From positions 96,001 to 160,000 of the forward strand of contig CAWGMQ010000010.1 in assembly GCA_963823665.1 (NCBI GenBank): a stretch of DNA of 64,000 nt. The letters are read 5' to 3'. This stretch comes from an uncultured Planctomycetota bacterium (GTDB taxonomy: Bacteria; Planctomycetota; Planctomycetia; Isosphaerales; Isosphaeraceae). Below are positions 19,601 to 29,771 of the stretch, in pieces. Position 1 is the stretch's first letter. Each line of letters starts with the position of its first letter. The position numbers were made by a program, and so were the translations under genes. Below the pieces are notes generated by a model. It saw only the letters and a list, made by a program, of their open reading frames with translations, did no database searches and was not told the DNA's origin.

Positions 19601-21116
19601 CGGCCGTGAGCGTCAAGGGAGCTGGCGTGACGGTGACCGTCAGGGGCGGGTTCGTGAACACTTTGCGGACTCTTCCACTTCCCGGTCCGCCGATGAACAC
19701 GGTGCCGTTGCGGGCCACGGCGACGGCTTGCGGCTCATCGAGCCTTGCGGACGTCGCCGGGCCGCCGTCCCCAAGGTCTCCCAAAACGCCATTACCCGCG
19801 ACTGTCGTGACCGTCCCGTCATTCAAGCGCAGGTCCAGTCCGGGTGTCAGCTCACGGACGACGTTGCCGTTGAATTCAGCGACGAACATGTCACCGGACG
19901 AATCGAACGCTACCGATCTCGGACCAGAAAGGCTCACGTCGAGGGCTTCGAGGGGTTGTGTAAGCGAGGTTGCACTGCCGCCGCCCACAGCGGTCGTGAT
20001 GATTCCGTCGGTGAGCAGGCCATCGCTCGCGGGCGTCACCTCGCGAATCCGGTCATTGAAGTAATCTGCTATGAATAGATCACCTTGTGAGTCGAGCGCG
20101 AGACCGTAAGGACCGTTGAGCGAAGCCTGCTTTGCGCTAAATCCATCGCCGGAGAATGCGCCCCGGCCATTGCCGGCCACGAGCGTGATCACGCCGGTCG
20201 AGAGGATGACCTCACGGACCATGTTATTGCCAGTGTCGGCGATGAACAGGTCTCCGCGCGAGTCGACGGCGACACCGGAGGGGTCCTGAAGCCTTGCGCT
20301 CGTTGCGGCGATGCCGTTGCCGTTGAATCCCGCCGTTCCCGTGCCGGCAACCGTCTTGATCAAGCCGTCGGGTGTCACTTCACGGACGACGTTATTGCCT
20401 GTATCGGCGATGAAGATATCGCCCTGGCTGTCAACGGCGATCCCTTCCGGATTAAGTAGCTTAGCCGCCAAGGCAGATCCTTGAAAGCTCGGGGAAGCCT
20501 GGGAGCCGCCGCCTGCGACCGTCGTGGTGTCGATGCCTGGACCGTTTATTACGCTATCGAATGCGTCCTCGACAACGACGCCGCGACTATCGTCGGCGAC
20601 GAAAAGGTCGCCGGCATTGTCTAATGCCATCGCCGAGGCGCCTATGAGTTGGCCGCTATCCAGCACCTCCGTGATGACGGCCGCACCGCTCGTGGTATCG
20701 CTCGGGGCGTAGCTCGAGCTGCCGCTGTAACTGGCCGTGAGCGTGTCTTTTCCCGCCGGCAGTACCGGCGTAACGAATACTGCCTGGCCGTTCGTCAAGT
20801 TCTCTGTGCCGAGCGTGATATCTCCAAACTCAAAACTCACCGTTCCGCCGGTCGGATTCGTGTCGCTCGGTGGATCGGTCGTCACCACGGCGTCCAGCCT
20901 TTCCTCCTGGCCGTACGTCAGCGTGGTGTACAGTGGAATGAGCGTGATGATCGTCGGAGTCAGGTCCGCAAGCAGCCTCCGCGGCTCGAGAGCCACGATC
21001 GCCGGCGTCGCTCTTCTCCATGACGGCCTCCGCGCACTGTGCCTTCTGGACCTTTCCCGCAAGCTGCGCGCCCTTGTGCCCGATACCAATCGAACCAGAC
21101 CAGGAATGGTGATCAT
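16653..21116 (-). CDS. Large surface protein: Ig-like (Big_3), NHL repeats, MBG domains, basic C-terminal domain
   Basis: Planctomycete-type LEPRRLLA motif. NHL repeats (P.G.AVD..GDLFIADT.N..VREV) and MBG repeats (APLTVTA....YG...P......GFVN.D). Internal Ig-NHL-MBG duplication. Confidence 0.9.
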   Translation of the reverse strand: MITIPGLVRLVSGTRARSLRERSRRHSARRPSWRRATPAIVALEPRRLLADLTPTIITLIPLYTTLTYGQEERLDAVVTTDPPSDTNPTGGTVSFEFGDITLGTENLTNGQAVFVTPVLPAGKDTLTASYSGSSSYAPSDTTSGAAVITEVLDSGQLIGASAMALDNAGDLFVADDSRGVVVEDAFDSVINGPGIDTTTVAGGGSQASPSFQGSALAAKLLNPEGIAVDSQGDIFIADTGNNVVREVTPDGLIKTVAGTGTAGFNGNGIAATSARLQDPSGVAVDSRGDLFIADTGNNMVREVILSTGVITLVAGNGRGAFSGDGFSAKQASLNGPYGLALDSQGDLFIADYFNDRIREVTPASDGLLTDGIITTAVGGGSATSLTQPLEALDVSLSGPRSVAFDSSGDMFVAEFNGNVVRELTPGLDLRLNDGTVTTVAGNGVLGDLGDGGPATSARLDEPQAVAVARNGTVFIGGPGSGRVRKVFTNPPLTVTVTPAPLTLTADDQSISVGAPLPVFTYTIPADEFVNGDTEASVFSAFPVAATSAVDSSMAGQYPIQFSSMGTLANMNYALTKPVEGTLTIAAAMGSTPTLTTLALSAASINYGDQETFTATVTTNPAGATTPAGGMVSFILGSQTIGTAELVTGMATFSTMLLPAGNDSVFASYGGSPTYGPSTSTGPAAAVIHTVAGQGYDNQGSGGDGGPAVKATLYGPRGLATDSAGDLFIADTYNGEIREISAATGTITTVVSGLVNDMYGLAVDSSGDLFISFSLDDYVMKVAPGPDGLLSDGTESTFAGIDGQGGFSGDGGAAASAKLDGPEGLAVDAAGDLFIADTYNYVIREVSAATGIINTVAGTPRASGDDGPPSGGLFDPAGVAVDAAGDLFIANNGDASVCEVSAAAPGVIIAIGSGNYDGTSAIAVDATGNVFVCAGNSLVYEIHAGTHATSAFAGSTFGSGSPTYTGSPFGVFFSDSDGIAVDRAGDVFIANSGYNMVQEVADQVTTQHVSVAPAQLTVTADDGSMTYGSTTLPDLTYSFSGFVNNETDTVLTGAPQLTTTATSMSPVLDNGNSGYPITIAQGTLNAANYTFTFLPGLLLVTPVILSVSAGPISMVYGDPVPDVSNDYEVEGFVNDDDQSILTGDPFVTTTATSASPVGTYPIVVDVSSVSISNSNYAFDDENVFDGELTVTPAQLVVTAQNTSMLYGSTVPNLNLPSAYQITGFVAGDDASVVSGAPVLSTTATSRSGVAGGPYPITVNSGTLSADNYTFTTANGMLSVKPAPLFVTAQNASMSQGGPVPSLTGPSAFVITGFVNSDPASVVLGAPVLATSPTVTSSTAAGVYTIMVSSAGTLAAANYTFPPADFVSGQLTVNPALVTVERVSIQKTKVKKKSVEVIVVQFSGGLNMADAQNINEYSLVTVPAKKKQKPAAVALTSASYTASATTVTLTTRKALVLNPPVKLTVNAAGLFDLLGRPLDGGMNYTTTLK

Positions 21117-21147
21117 GGTGCGTTCTTCCTCAATGAGGCGTGGTTGA

Positions 21148-22993
21148 TCAGCCCTGAGCCAGCCGAGCCGCGCTCGTGACCGTGACTCCCGATTTCGCCA
21201 GTACGGCCGAGAAGTTCATTCCGCCATCGAGCGGGTCGCCTGCCGAATCCAGAAGCCCGCTCGCCTTCACCGTCAGCTTGATCGGGCTCGAAAGCACAAG
21301 CGCCTTGCGTGTCGTCAGGGTGACGGTGAGCGCCGTGGGGTTGTAGCTCGCCTTGGCCAGCGCGATCACCTTGCCCTTCTGCCGTTTCGACTTCGGGGTC
21401 GTGACCAGGCTATAAACGCCGATCGTCTGCGCATCCGCCGCGTTGAGCGCCTCGTTGAATTGTAGCACGATCGCTTCCGACGTCTTGTGCTTTCCCACCT
21501 TGATCTTTTCGAGCGCAACCGATTCGACCTGGGTTGTTGTCGTCGAGCCGCCCCCGCCGCCCCCGCCGCCCCCTCCGGAGCCGGCCTGCGAGACCAGGAT
21601 CGTCTGGCCGCCGCCCGCCGGGGTGACCATGCGAATCACACTGTTGTCGCTGTCGGCGATCAGCAGGTTTCCATTCGGACTCATCGAGACGCCCTCCGGA
21701 TAGCTGAGCTCCGCGAGCGCGGCCGGTCCGCCGTCTCCGGAATCGCCCTCACCGCCCGTCCCGGCGATCGTGCTCAGCTCATCCGTGGCGAGGTTCACCT
21801 TGCGGATCACATTGGCCGCGCTGTCGGCGATGTACAGGTTTCCCTCGTTGTCCAGTGCAAGGCCCTGTTCTTCGCCGTTAATCAGGACGCCGGTGGCCGG
21901 CCCGCTAAAAGTGGGCGAAGCATCAGTGCCTCCGCCGGCGATGGTCGTGATGTCGCCCGTAATGGCGCTGACTTCGCGGATCAATCCGTTGCCCGAGTCG
22001 GCGATGAAGACGTCCCCGGTTGCGTCCACGGCCACGTTGCTCGGCATGAAAAGCTCGGCGCTCGTGGCCGGCCCGCCATCCCCGGAATAACCCCTGGCGC
22101 CGTCGCCCGCGACGACCGACACGTCGCCGGTCGCGGCGTTCAGCTCGAATACCTTGTTGGCATTGTTGCTGGCAAAGAAGAGGTTGCCGTGTGCATCCAC
22201 AGTAACCCCGTCGGCAGTCAGGTAAGGCGACGGGCTTGCGCCGCCCGTCTCGACCGTCGTGGCCTGGTCCGTCGCGAGATTGACTCGGTAGATTTCGCTG
22301 TTGGCGGCGACATAGGCGTCTCCGCCGAACAGTGCGACGCCCGTGACGCCTTCTCCCATGTCCAGTCCCGTCGCCGGCCCGCTGTAAACCGCGGCCGTGC
22401 TGCTGCCATCGCCGGCGAGCACGCTGAACTTGCCGCCTTTCTCCATGACCACATCCGTCTCGAACGCATAGGAGACCGCGATGTAAAGCGTGCCGGTCGA
22501 GTCTTCCACGACTGTATTCGGCGGGGCCGAGAGGCTCTCCATCCGTGTAACGGTCGAAATCGTCGGCACCCCGGTCGCAGACGTGCTGCCGGTAAACGCG
22601 CTCGTGCCGCCATAATTCGCCGTGACCAGATGCGAGCCAACCGAGAGCGAGGTCGTCGCGAACGTCGCCGTCCCGTGGTCCAGCGGCGCTGTACCAAGCC
22701 GGGTTGACCCGTCCATGAAGCTCACCGTGCCGCCGGAGGGCGTCGTGCTGCTCGGCGGGTCCGTGGTCACCGTCGCCGTCAACACCTCCTTCTGGCCATA
22801 CGTGAGCGAGGCGGACGAGAGCGCCAGGCTGGTGGTCGTCGCGGTCGAGAGCACCACTCGCTCCTCGAGCGCCGCGACCTTGGGCTCGATCCGGCGACTC
22901 GATCGTCGCGCACCAACGTAGCTTCGTCTGAATTGAGCCGCGCCACACGACAGCGTGCGTATCCCCGAACGGTTCTCGTCCAAGAATAGTCAT
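21148..22993 (-). CDS. Surface protein with Ig-like and NHL repeats, paralog of the adjacent gene; start uncertain
   Basis: LEERVVLS motif, Big_3-like GGTVSFMDGSTRLGTAPL, NHL repeats and the same C-terminal domain as 16653-21116. The ATG at 22993 is out of frame with the main ORF (TTG at 22983), so a frameshift is possible. Confidence 0.85.
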
Positions 22994-23202
22994 CGAACAG
23001 CCCCCAACGTAGGTGACGCGCGGTGGATCAACGCCGTTGCGGCGAACCGGCGATCGAAACCGTTTGAAGCAATGGAAGATGCGTCGTTAGCTTGATCGCA
23101 ATGCGTCGCGCAAAGATCCCCTCTATTTCACGAGGCTCCAAACGGCGGAGCTTTGAGCCAGCGTTCCGCAAAAAATATTTTCCGGCCCGGCCTGTCTCAC
23201 CG

Positions 23203-23604
23203 TCAGCCGGGCCCAATTTTGCGCGCAACTCGCGCCGCGAATCGGTCCACACGGATGACCTGAAGCTTGTGAAGCCCTCGGGCGATCAGTTCATGGTCGT
23301 CATGTGCCTCGAGGTGAAAAGAAATGGCCGTTCCCTCGGCCCGTACGACACGGGCGCGGCAGGTAACCGCCTGCCCAACCGGCGTGGGGGCCGAATGCCG
23401 AACTTCGACGAAAGTTCCCACCGTGCTCTCACCCGGTTCCAGAAACGGTAGGACCGCCTGTCGCGCCGCATGCTCGAGAAACCAGATCAGCCACGGTGTG
23501 GAGAGCACCGCCGGCATCGCGCTGTCCGCGAAGTCAATCGCGTGACTGAGCTCGACCACGAATCGCAGCTCGCCCGTCGTGCCGGCCTTCGGGCTTCCTT
23601 TCAT
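23203..23604 (-). CDS. FlK-like (fluoroacetyl-CoA type) hot-dog thioesterase
   Basis: VLSTPWLIWFLEHAA..STVGTFVEVRHSAPTPVG contains the Thr/Glu/His triad. AAGGAGA RBS lies just upstream of ATG 23604. Confidence 0.85.
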   Translation of the reverse strand: MKGSPKAGTTGELRFVVELSHAIDFADSAMPAVLSTPWLIWFLEHAARQAVLPFLEPGESTVGTFVEVRHSAPTPVGQAVTCRARVVRAEGTAISFHLEAHDDHELIARGLHKLQVIRVDRFAARVARKIGPG

Positions 23605-23617
23605 CGCGTCTCCTTGA

Positions 23618-26600
23618 TCAAGGCCCCATTTGCGCTGCGCCCCGCCATGGCCGCGGGCCGCCTTCACTTTGACGGTCTCGTTGATCGTGCCCGTGCCATC
23701 CTGACTGTCGGTCACGATGACCGAGATCCGGAACGAACCGGCGGAAGTCGGTGTCCCGCTCAGGATACCGGCGGATGACAACTTCAGCCAACTGGGTAAG
23801 CTCGCAGCGGTGAATGTGTAGCCTCCGCCCGAGCCGCCGGATGCGGTCAGTCTCGCGGTATACGACTTGCCGACGGTGCCCGCCGCGACAGTCTTGGGGC
23901 CGAGTTTCAGCGGCGGATCGATCTTCAGCGGATACGTGGCGCCCGCGGAGTCATCGCTGCTGTCGGTCACCGTGACCGTGATTTTAACTTGCCCTTTCAC
24001 CTTGGCCGGCGTCGTGCCGCTGAGCACGCCGCTGCTTGAAAGATGGAGCCAGCTCGGTAAGCCGGTTGCCGTGAATGCGTAGCCTCCGCCGGAGCCGCCC
24101 GAGGCGCCGAGCGTCTGGCTGAATGCGGTTTTCTCGGTGGCCGCGTGGAGCGAGCCGGGTTGAATCGCCAAAGCTGGCGGCGAATTGACGGTGAGGTGAT
24201 AAAGGAGGCTGCCGCTGTCGCCGGCGGCATCCGAAGCCGTGACGGTGAATGAGTAGTTGCCGGCCTTGGTGGGCGTGCCGCGGAGGGCGCCGGCGATGCT
24301 CAGAGTCAAATTCGGCGGCAAGTTGCTGCCTGGCGCTAGCGAAAACGCGTACGCGCCGGTGCCGCCGGCGGCTGTGATGTTCACTGCGTAGGGAATCGTC
24401 GCAGTGGCGGCCGATAGAAACGGCGGGCTGAACGTGAGCGGCGTGAAGTACGTGAACACATCGCCGGGCCGGTTGATCAGCGAAGTGTCCCCCGCCACCG
24501 TTACGGTCACGTCCACCGCCCCGACCATGGTGACGGACGGGCTCGTGACCTCAATCGTGGAGCCGTCGTCGCTGATGATCGTCGCCGGGTTGTTGGGCCC
24601 GAAATCGACGCGGGCTGAGTCAGGGTCGCCCAAGTCGCTCCCCGTGATCGTCACCTCCGTGCCGCCGGCCGTGGGGCCGGTGGGCGGACTGACCTCCAGG
24701 ACAACCGGCCCATTGCCGCCATCGATCGTCAAGGTATAGCTTTTCGTGTCCGTGGAGCCGACGGTATCAGTGGCCGTCGCGCTAAAGGTGACTGTTCCCG
24801 TAGCCAGCGGCCTGCCGGAGATGTCGAGCTCGTTGGTGCCGGTGGCGATCATCACGCCGTTGGGGACGGCGCCGGAAGTGACGGTATAGGTCACGTTGAT
24901 GTCGCCGTTGCCGCCGCTGGCGGTGATGGCAAAGCTGTAATTCTGGCCGGCCTGGCCCGTGGTTGGCTGGGCGGGGTTGAGACTCACGCCGGCGTAATTG
25001 ATCAGGCCCGATATCAGAAGGTTGGCGTTGGGAGAACCGAGGCCGACGACTTCGTTGTAGTTGCCAGGATCGGTGAGCTGCGCGTTGGGAGCGCCGTTGG
25101 CGCCCATGATGTTCTTGTGCCAATCTGCGGCAGGCAGGCTGTAAAGGGCCCGGAGGGTCTCCTGGTCGGCGTTGGGCTGATTGGGGTTGCTGGGGGTGTT
25201 GAGCGCGGCCTTGCCCTCGGCCTCGCGTCCCTGATTCACGAGAGCGATCAAGCCCGCCCAGCAGGGCGCCCCCAAGCTATCGCCGCCGACATTGTTGAGG
25301 GGCGAGTTAAAGCCCCGGCTGTTGAACGAGTCTAGCTCCGTCACGCCCGTGTGGGGGTCGCCGACGAACGTCACGTCGGGACCGGTTCGTTGGCCGGTCG
25401 ATTGCACATTTGCCTGGTAAGAAGGCTGTTGCTCGAACACACTGACTCCGCCGCCGCTCCCGGCCCAGGCCAATTCACTGTCATACGCATTGTACTGGTC
25501 CAGGTACAGGCTCGTGCCGCTGACGGAGACGACGTTTGGGGAGTAGGCGGGGTAGCCGCTGGGCGCTCCGTCGTCGCCCGAGCTTGCGACGAACGTCACT
25601 CCATTCTTGTTCAGATCGATGTCGTCAGACAATTCTCCGCTGAACTCGGCCTGGTACAAAATGCTGGAGCCGATCGACTCGGGTCCGCCGAAGCTCATCG
25701 ACACCACGGAGACTCCCGGGAGGCTGCTTGCCGCGGTAACACCGGACAACATATCGATCAAACCGGCACTAGTCGTCTCGACTAAGTCAATTCTGGCCCC
25801 TGGGGCCATGGCGTGGGCCCATTCGACGTCGAGGGCTTCTTCCCCTTCCCAGCCGCCGGAGGGGTCGATCGGAACGTTAGTGGCGGTGGGGTTGATGACG
25901 TTGCCGTTCTGGTTAAACACCGTGAAACCAGGCGGGGCGGGAATGCCGTACGTCGTATCGAATGCGGTCAGGTCCGCCACGATGGTCGGGTCGTTGAACG
26001 CGTCGACGATGGCAATCGTCTGGCCGGCCCCGGTCTCGGAAACCTGGTTGATTCCATACGCGGAGCGGATCTGCGCCGGGCTGTAACTGAGGTGGAAATT
26101 TCCCGAGAGACCGTCCAGGCCGCCGCTTGAGCCTTCGAGGTCGGTGAAAGGCTCGCCGTTGTCGATCTGGACAGAAGAGAACATCGCCGAGCCGAAGTTC
26201 AGGTCGGCCTGGGCGATCGGGCCGAGATATTGATTGAAGGTGCCCAGGTTTGCATTCGCCACGGAGTTGGCGGCAAGGGTCACGGACCCGCCAAAATTTG
26301 GGTCGACGTTGCCGTTGGCGTCTTGGGCGACCACATAAACCGGGTACGGGAAAGCGACGCCGCCACTGGCGGAGGGGAGCACGGGCGAGACAACGAGCTG
26401 GGTGGCTGGCCCGGCGGGGCTGTTCGCGGTTGTAGCCCCGGAGACAGCAGGAAATGCTGGTAGCACAACCATGCCGCCATTGCCCGGTCCTCCGGGATTG
26501 CCCGGTTTTCCGGCCTTGGGGGTGCCGAGAGGTCCCACATTTCCGGGCATTCCCCCAGCTCCAGCGGCCATGCCGGGATTTCCGGCAGTTAAATTGCCGA

Positions 26601-29365
26601 GAGTGCCCGCGGGAGGGGCCGCTCCGAGGATCGCGAACGTGAAATTCGGCTGAACGTAGACCGAGGCACCTTGCTCCTTGCCGGTGTCGCCGCCGTTGCC
26701 TGCGTTGCCGCCGTTGCCGCCGTTGCCTGCGTTGCCGCCGACCGCGTTAGCCAACCCATCGACGCCTGGGCCACCGTTGCCGCCCATGCCGCCGAGCGCG
26801 CCGTTGCCTCCGTCGCCGCCGTCTCCGGCCTGGACCGTATTGGCGGAGGGGAAACTGCCGCCATACAGATTGACAGTCCCGGCGATCTGGCAAATGGCAC
26901 CACCGTAGGCTTTCCCGCCGTTGCCGCCGGTACCACCCGACGCCTTTCCGTTGCCGCCGGTGGCGTTGCCGCCGTCGCCGCCCTGGCCACCGGTCCTGCC
27001 CTTGCCGCCGATTCCGCCTGGCTGCGCGGAGAGAAATGGGATGCCGCCCGTGCCGCCTTTGCCACCTTGTGCGATGTTGGCAGCGATTGTCGAGGTGACG
27101 AGCGTCAAAGTGCCTGCGACCACGTCGCACCCGCCACCCTGTCCGTCGCCGCCGTTGCCGCCATTACCGCCATATCCGCCGTTGCCGCCGGGACCGCCCT
27201 TGCCGCCATGCCCTGTGGTGGCATGCTGGATCGACGTTCCGCCGGGACCGCCGTTGCCGGCCTGGCCGCCCTGTGCGCCGATTGCCCCGGAGCCGCCGTT
27301 GCCGCCTTGTGCGATGTTGGCGTTGATGGTTACGGCGTCGAGCGTCAGCGTTCCGCCTGCGACGTAGACACCACCGCCGCCGCCGATGCCGCCAGCGCCG
27401 CCGGTACTCCCCGCGGCAGCGCGGCCTCCGCCGCCACCGCCGCCGCCGCCGCCGCCGGGAAGTGCTGCGATCCTGACAAGAGAGCTAGCGCCGCCGCCAG
27501 GGGAGTGCCCAGAGGTGTTGCCCGTTTTGCTGCCGGTGCCGGAATCGCCACCAGTGGCGCCGGGATTACCACCTTCCTCGTCGCCGCCGGCGCCGCCGGC
27601 GCCGCCGCTTCCCGCAGGGATGCGCTGTGTACCCGAGCCTGAGCCCGAGCCTGAGCCCGAGCCTGAGCCCGATCCTGAGCTGCCACCTGAAAAGCCGCTA
27701 CCGCTCAGGTCGGGCTGCTCGTCAACGACGACGCTGCCTTTGGCGATACTGGGCGATTCGCCCCCTCGGCCGCCCATGCCACCAGCGCCGGGTATGCCGT
27801 CAGAGGCGCCGACGACTCCGTTGCCGGCCGCAGCCCGATTGTTATGGATGGTCCCGCCGTATATCGCAACACGCGCCGCGAGACTCACCGCAACCGCACC
27901 GCCGTAGGCATTTCCGCCGGCTCCGCCCGTTCCGCCGAAGCCGGCGTTACCGCCGGCGGCGCCGGGCTGGCCGGCGTGACCAACGGCCCCCGTGTTGCCG
28001 TTTGCGCCGCGGCCGCCGGCACCGCCTGCGCCGGCCGTCCCACCGGCGCTCCCGAGCGCCAGATTGAGCGTAAAATTCGAGGAAACCAACTGGATCGTGC
28101 CCGCGAGGAGATAACAACCACCCCCCTGGGCCGAGCCACCCGCGCCCCCTGGGCCGCCTCGGCCTCCGTCGCCGCCTTTGGCCGGAGCGCCTTTCGCGCT
28201 GGGCGCAGGCGCATCGGCGCCGTTGCCGCCGGAGCCGCCCCTGCCCGCCGTGCCGCCGGTTGCCCTGTTTGAACTAAACGGTGAAGAAATCGCTGTTAGA
28301 TGGCGCCCGACTCAAGTCGTACAGCCCGGCGCCCAGCGCACTGCCGCCGGCGCCCCCTGTGCCTCCGCTACCACCAGGCCCGGGGGGCGATGCTCCGTTG
28401 ATGGCGCCATCTCCGCCGCGTCCGCCGTTATTGCCCAGTCCTCCCTTTACGGTGTTGCCCCGAATAGTCGTTTGGTCCAGCAAGACGGTTCCTGAAGCCA
28501 CGAAGATGCCGCCGCCCTCGCCTGGTCCGCCTGGCCCTCCGTTACCGCCGTTTCCGCCAGCCCCATTGGGCAAGCCGGCACCTGGGATGCCGTCACCGCC
28601 TTGTTGCCCCATTCCGCCCACCGCGTGGTTGCCGCTGACGACGGAACTAATGAGCGTCAGGCTGCCGCCGACGCTAAAAATTCCGCCGCCCTCGGCACCT
28701 CGACCGGCGATGCCGTTGGCACCCGCGGCCGCGTTTCCAACAAGGGTCGATCCCACGTGTGCGCTATTGCCTGTGACATTGGCATGGCTGAGGGTGACTG
28801 AACCGCCATTGTTCAGAATGCCCGCACCCACCGCGTCGGGGGTAGTCTGGCCACCGTTGTCGGTGGTGTTGCCCCGCGTGACGGTGAGATTGCGCAGAAC
28901 CAAGGTCATGGAATTCACGTTGTTGCCATTGACGTTCACCATGCCGCCGTTGACAACGAAGATGCGATTAGCCCCTCCGCCGGTGATTTGCACGGCCCCG
29001 GGGTTAAGCGGCAGTGCGCCCATGATCGTGAGCTGCTTGGCTGGAACGTCGGCATTGGCGGCCTGAACCTGGACGTCATCACTGTTAAGGGGGTATGAAC
29101 CGGGTGCGGTGATGACGATTGTATCCTTCGTATTGCCGTCGCCGTCGGCCTGTGTGATGGCAGCGGCGAGCGTTCCGATCTGTCCGGGAACCATGTACGT
29201 CGCCGGCGCCGTGCGGTCTTCAAGACCCTGGACGTCAGGCCGCAGCCCGATGTCGGGCCGCGAACGCCGCCGCTGCGAACGCCGAGGCCGCGCACGCAGC
29301 AAGGGAAACAATTCGTCCAGAAAACTCTCCCAGACACGCCGGCTGGAGTGCGCTGTGAACGCCAT
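23618..29365 (-). CDS. Giant secreted Gly-rich protein with S53 (sedolisin/kumamolisin-like) peptidase, putative Ig and IPT/TIG domains; apparent frameshift near 28300, stop uncertain
   Basis: LEDRTAPA N-motif and PGRS-like GGxGGxGG tracts. S53 motifs GAGQTIAIVDA, EEALDVEWAHAMAPGA, SSGDDG, VGGDSLGAP and YNEVVGLGSP. VSPPTGPTAGGTEVTITG (IPT) and LPSWL.LS..G.LSGT (putative Ig). Confidence 0.85.
27634..27680. repeat. 6/12-bp tandem repeat encoding a (Gly-Ser)n linker
   Basis: gagcctgagccc units; the minus strand reads SSGSGSGSGSGSGSG. Confidence 0.85.
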
Positions 29366-29745
29366 AAGATGCCTCGCAGAAGGGTGTTATAACTTCGTTG
29401 TTGGTGAGGCTGCGCAGCCGGGTCGACCCGCCCGGTCTGGTGCATCTGGATCTTTATCGCGAAAGAAACCGAGACCGGACAAAATCTTTCGGAAACAGAT
29501 CGTCCTGTCGATCTGGCGAGCGACTCCGCTCTGGTGCGCCAGCGCCCGGTCTATGGCTCGATTGAAATTACGGCGGCGCCTTCATGGCGTCAACTGCGCA
29601 TCTTCACAAAGCTTCCGTCACGTTGACTTTCGGGAACGTCGCACCACGCGGTCGATGATGCACCGCGGCAGCGCTCGTCACTCGGCCAGTGCGGCGATGG
29701 CAGCTCACCCCCCGGGCCGCTGCTTCAGCAATTTTGGGGAACGCC

Positions 29746-29771
29746 GTTTTCGGTTCCTGGCACCTTTTCCG
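29746..29771. repeat. 26-bp REP-like sequence, copy 1 (at the drmA breakpoint)
   Basis: gttttcggttcctggcaccttttccg, identical to 37313-37338 and in the same orientation. Confidence 0.93.

Noticed and set aside
23203..28089. Novel S53 adhesin-thioesterase fusion (1628-aa ORF)
   Set aside because: The thioesterase has its own AAGGAGA RBS and ATG at 23604, an out-of-frame TGA lies at 23618-23620, and indels are frequent. A cytoplasmic thioesterase on a secreted protein is implausible.
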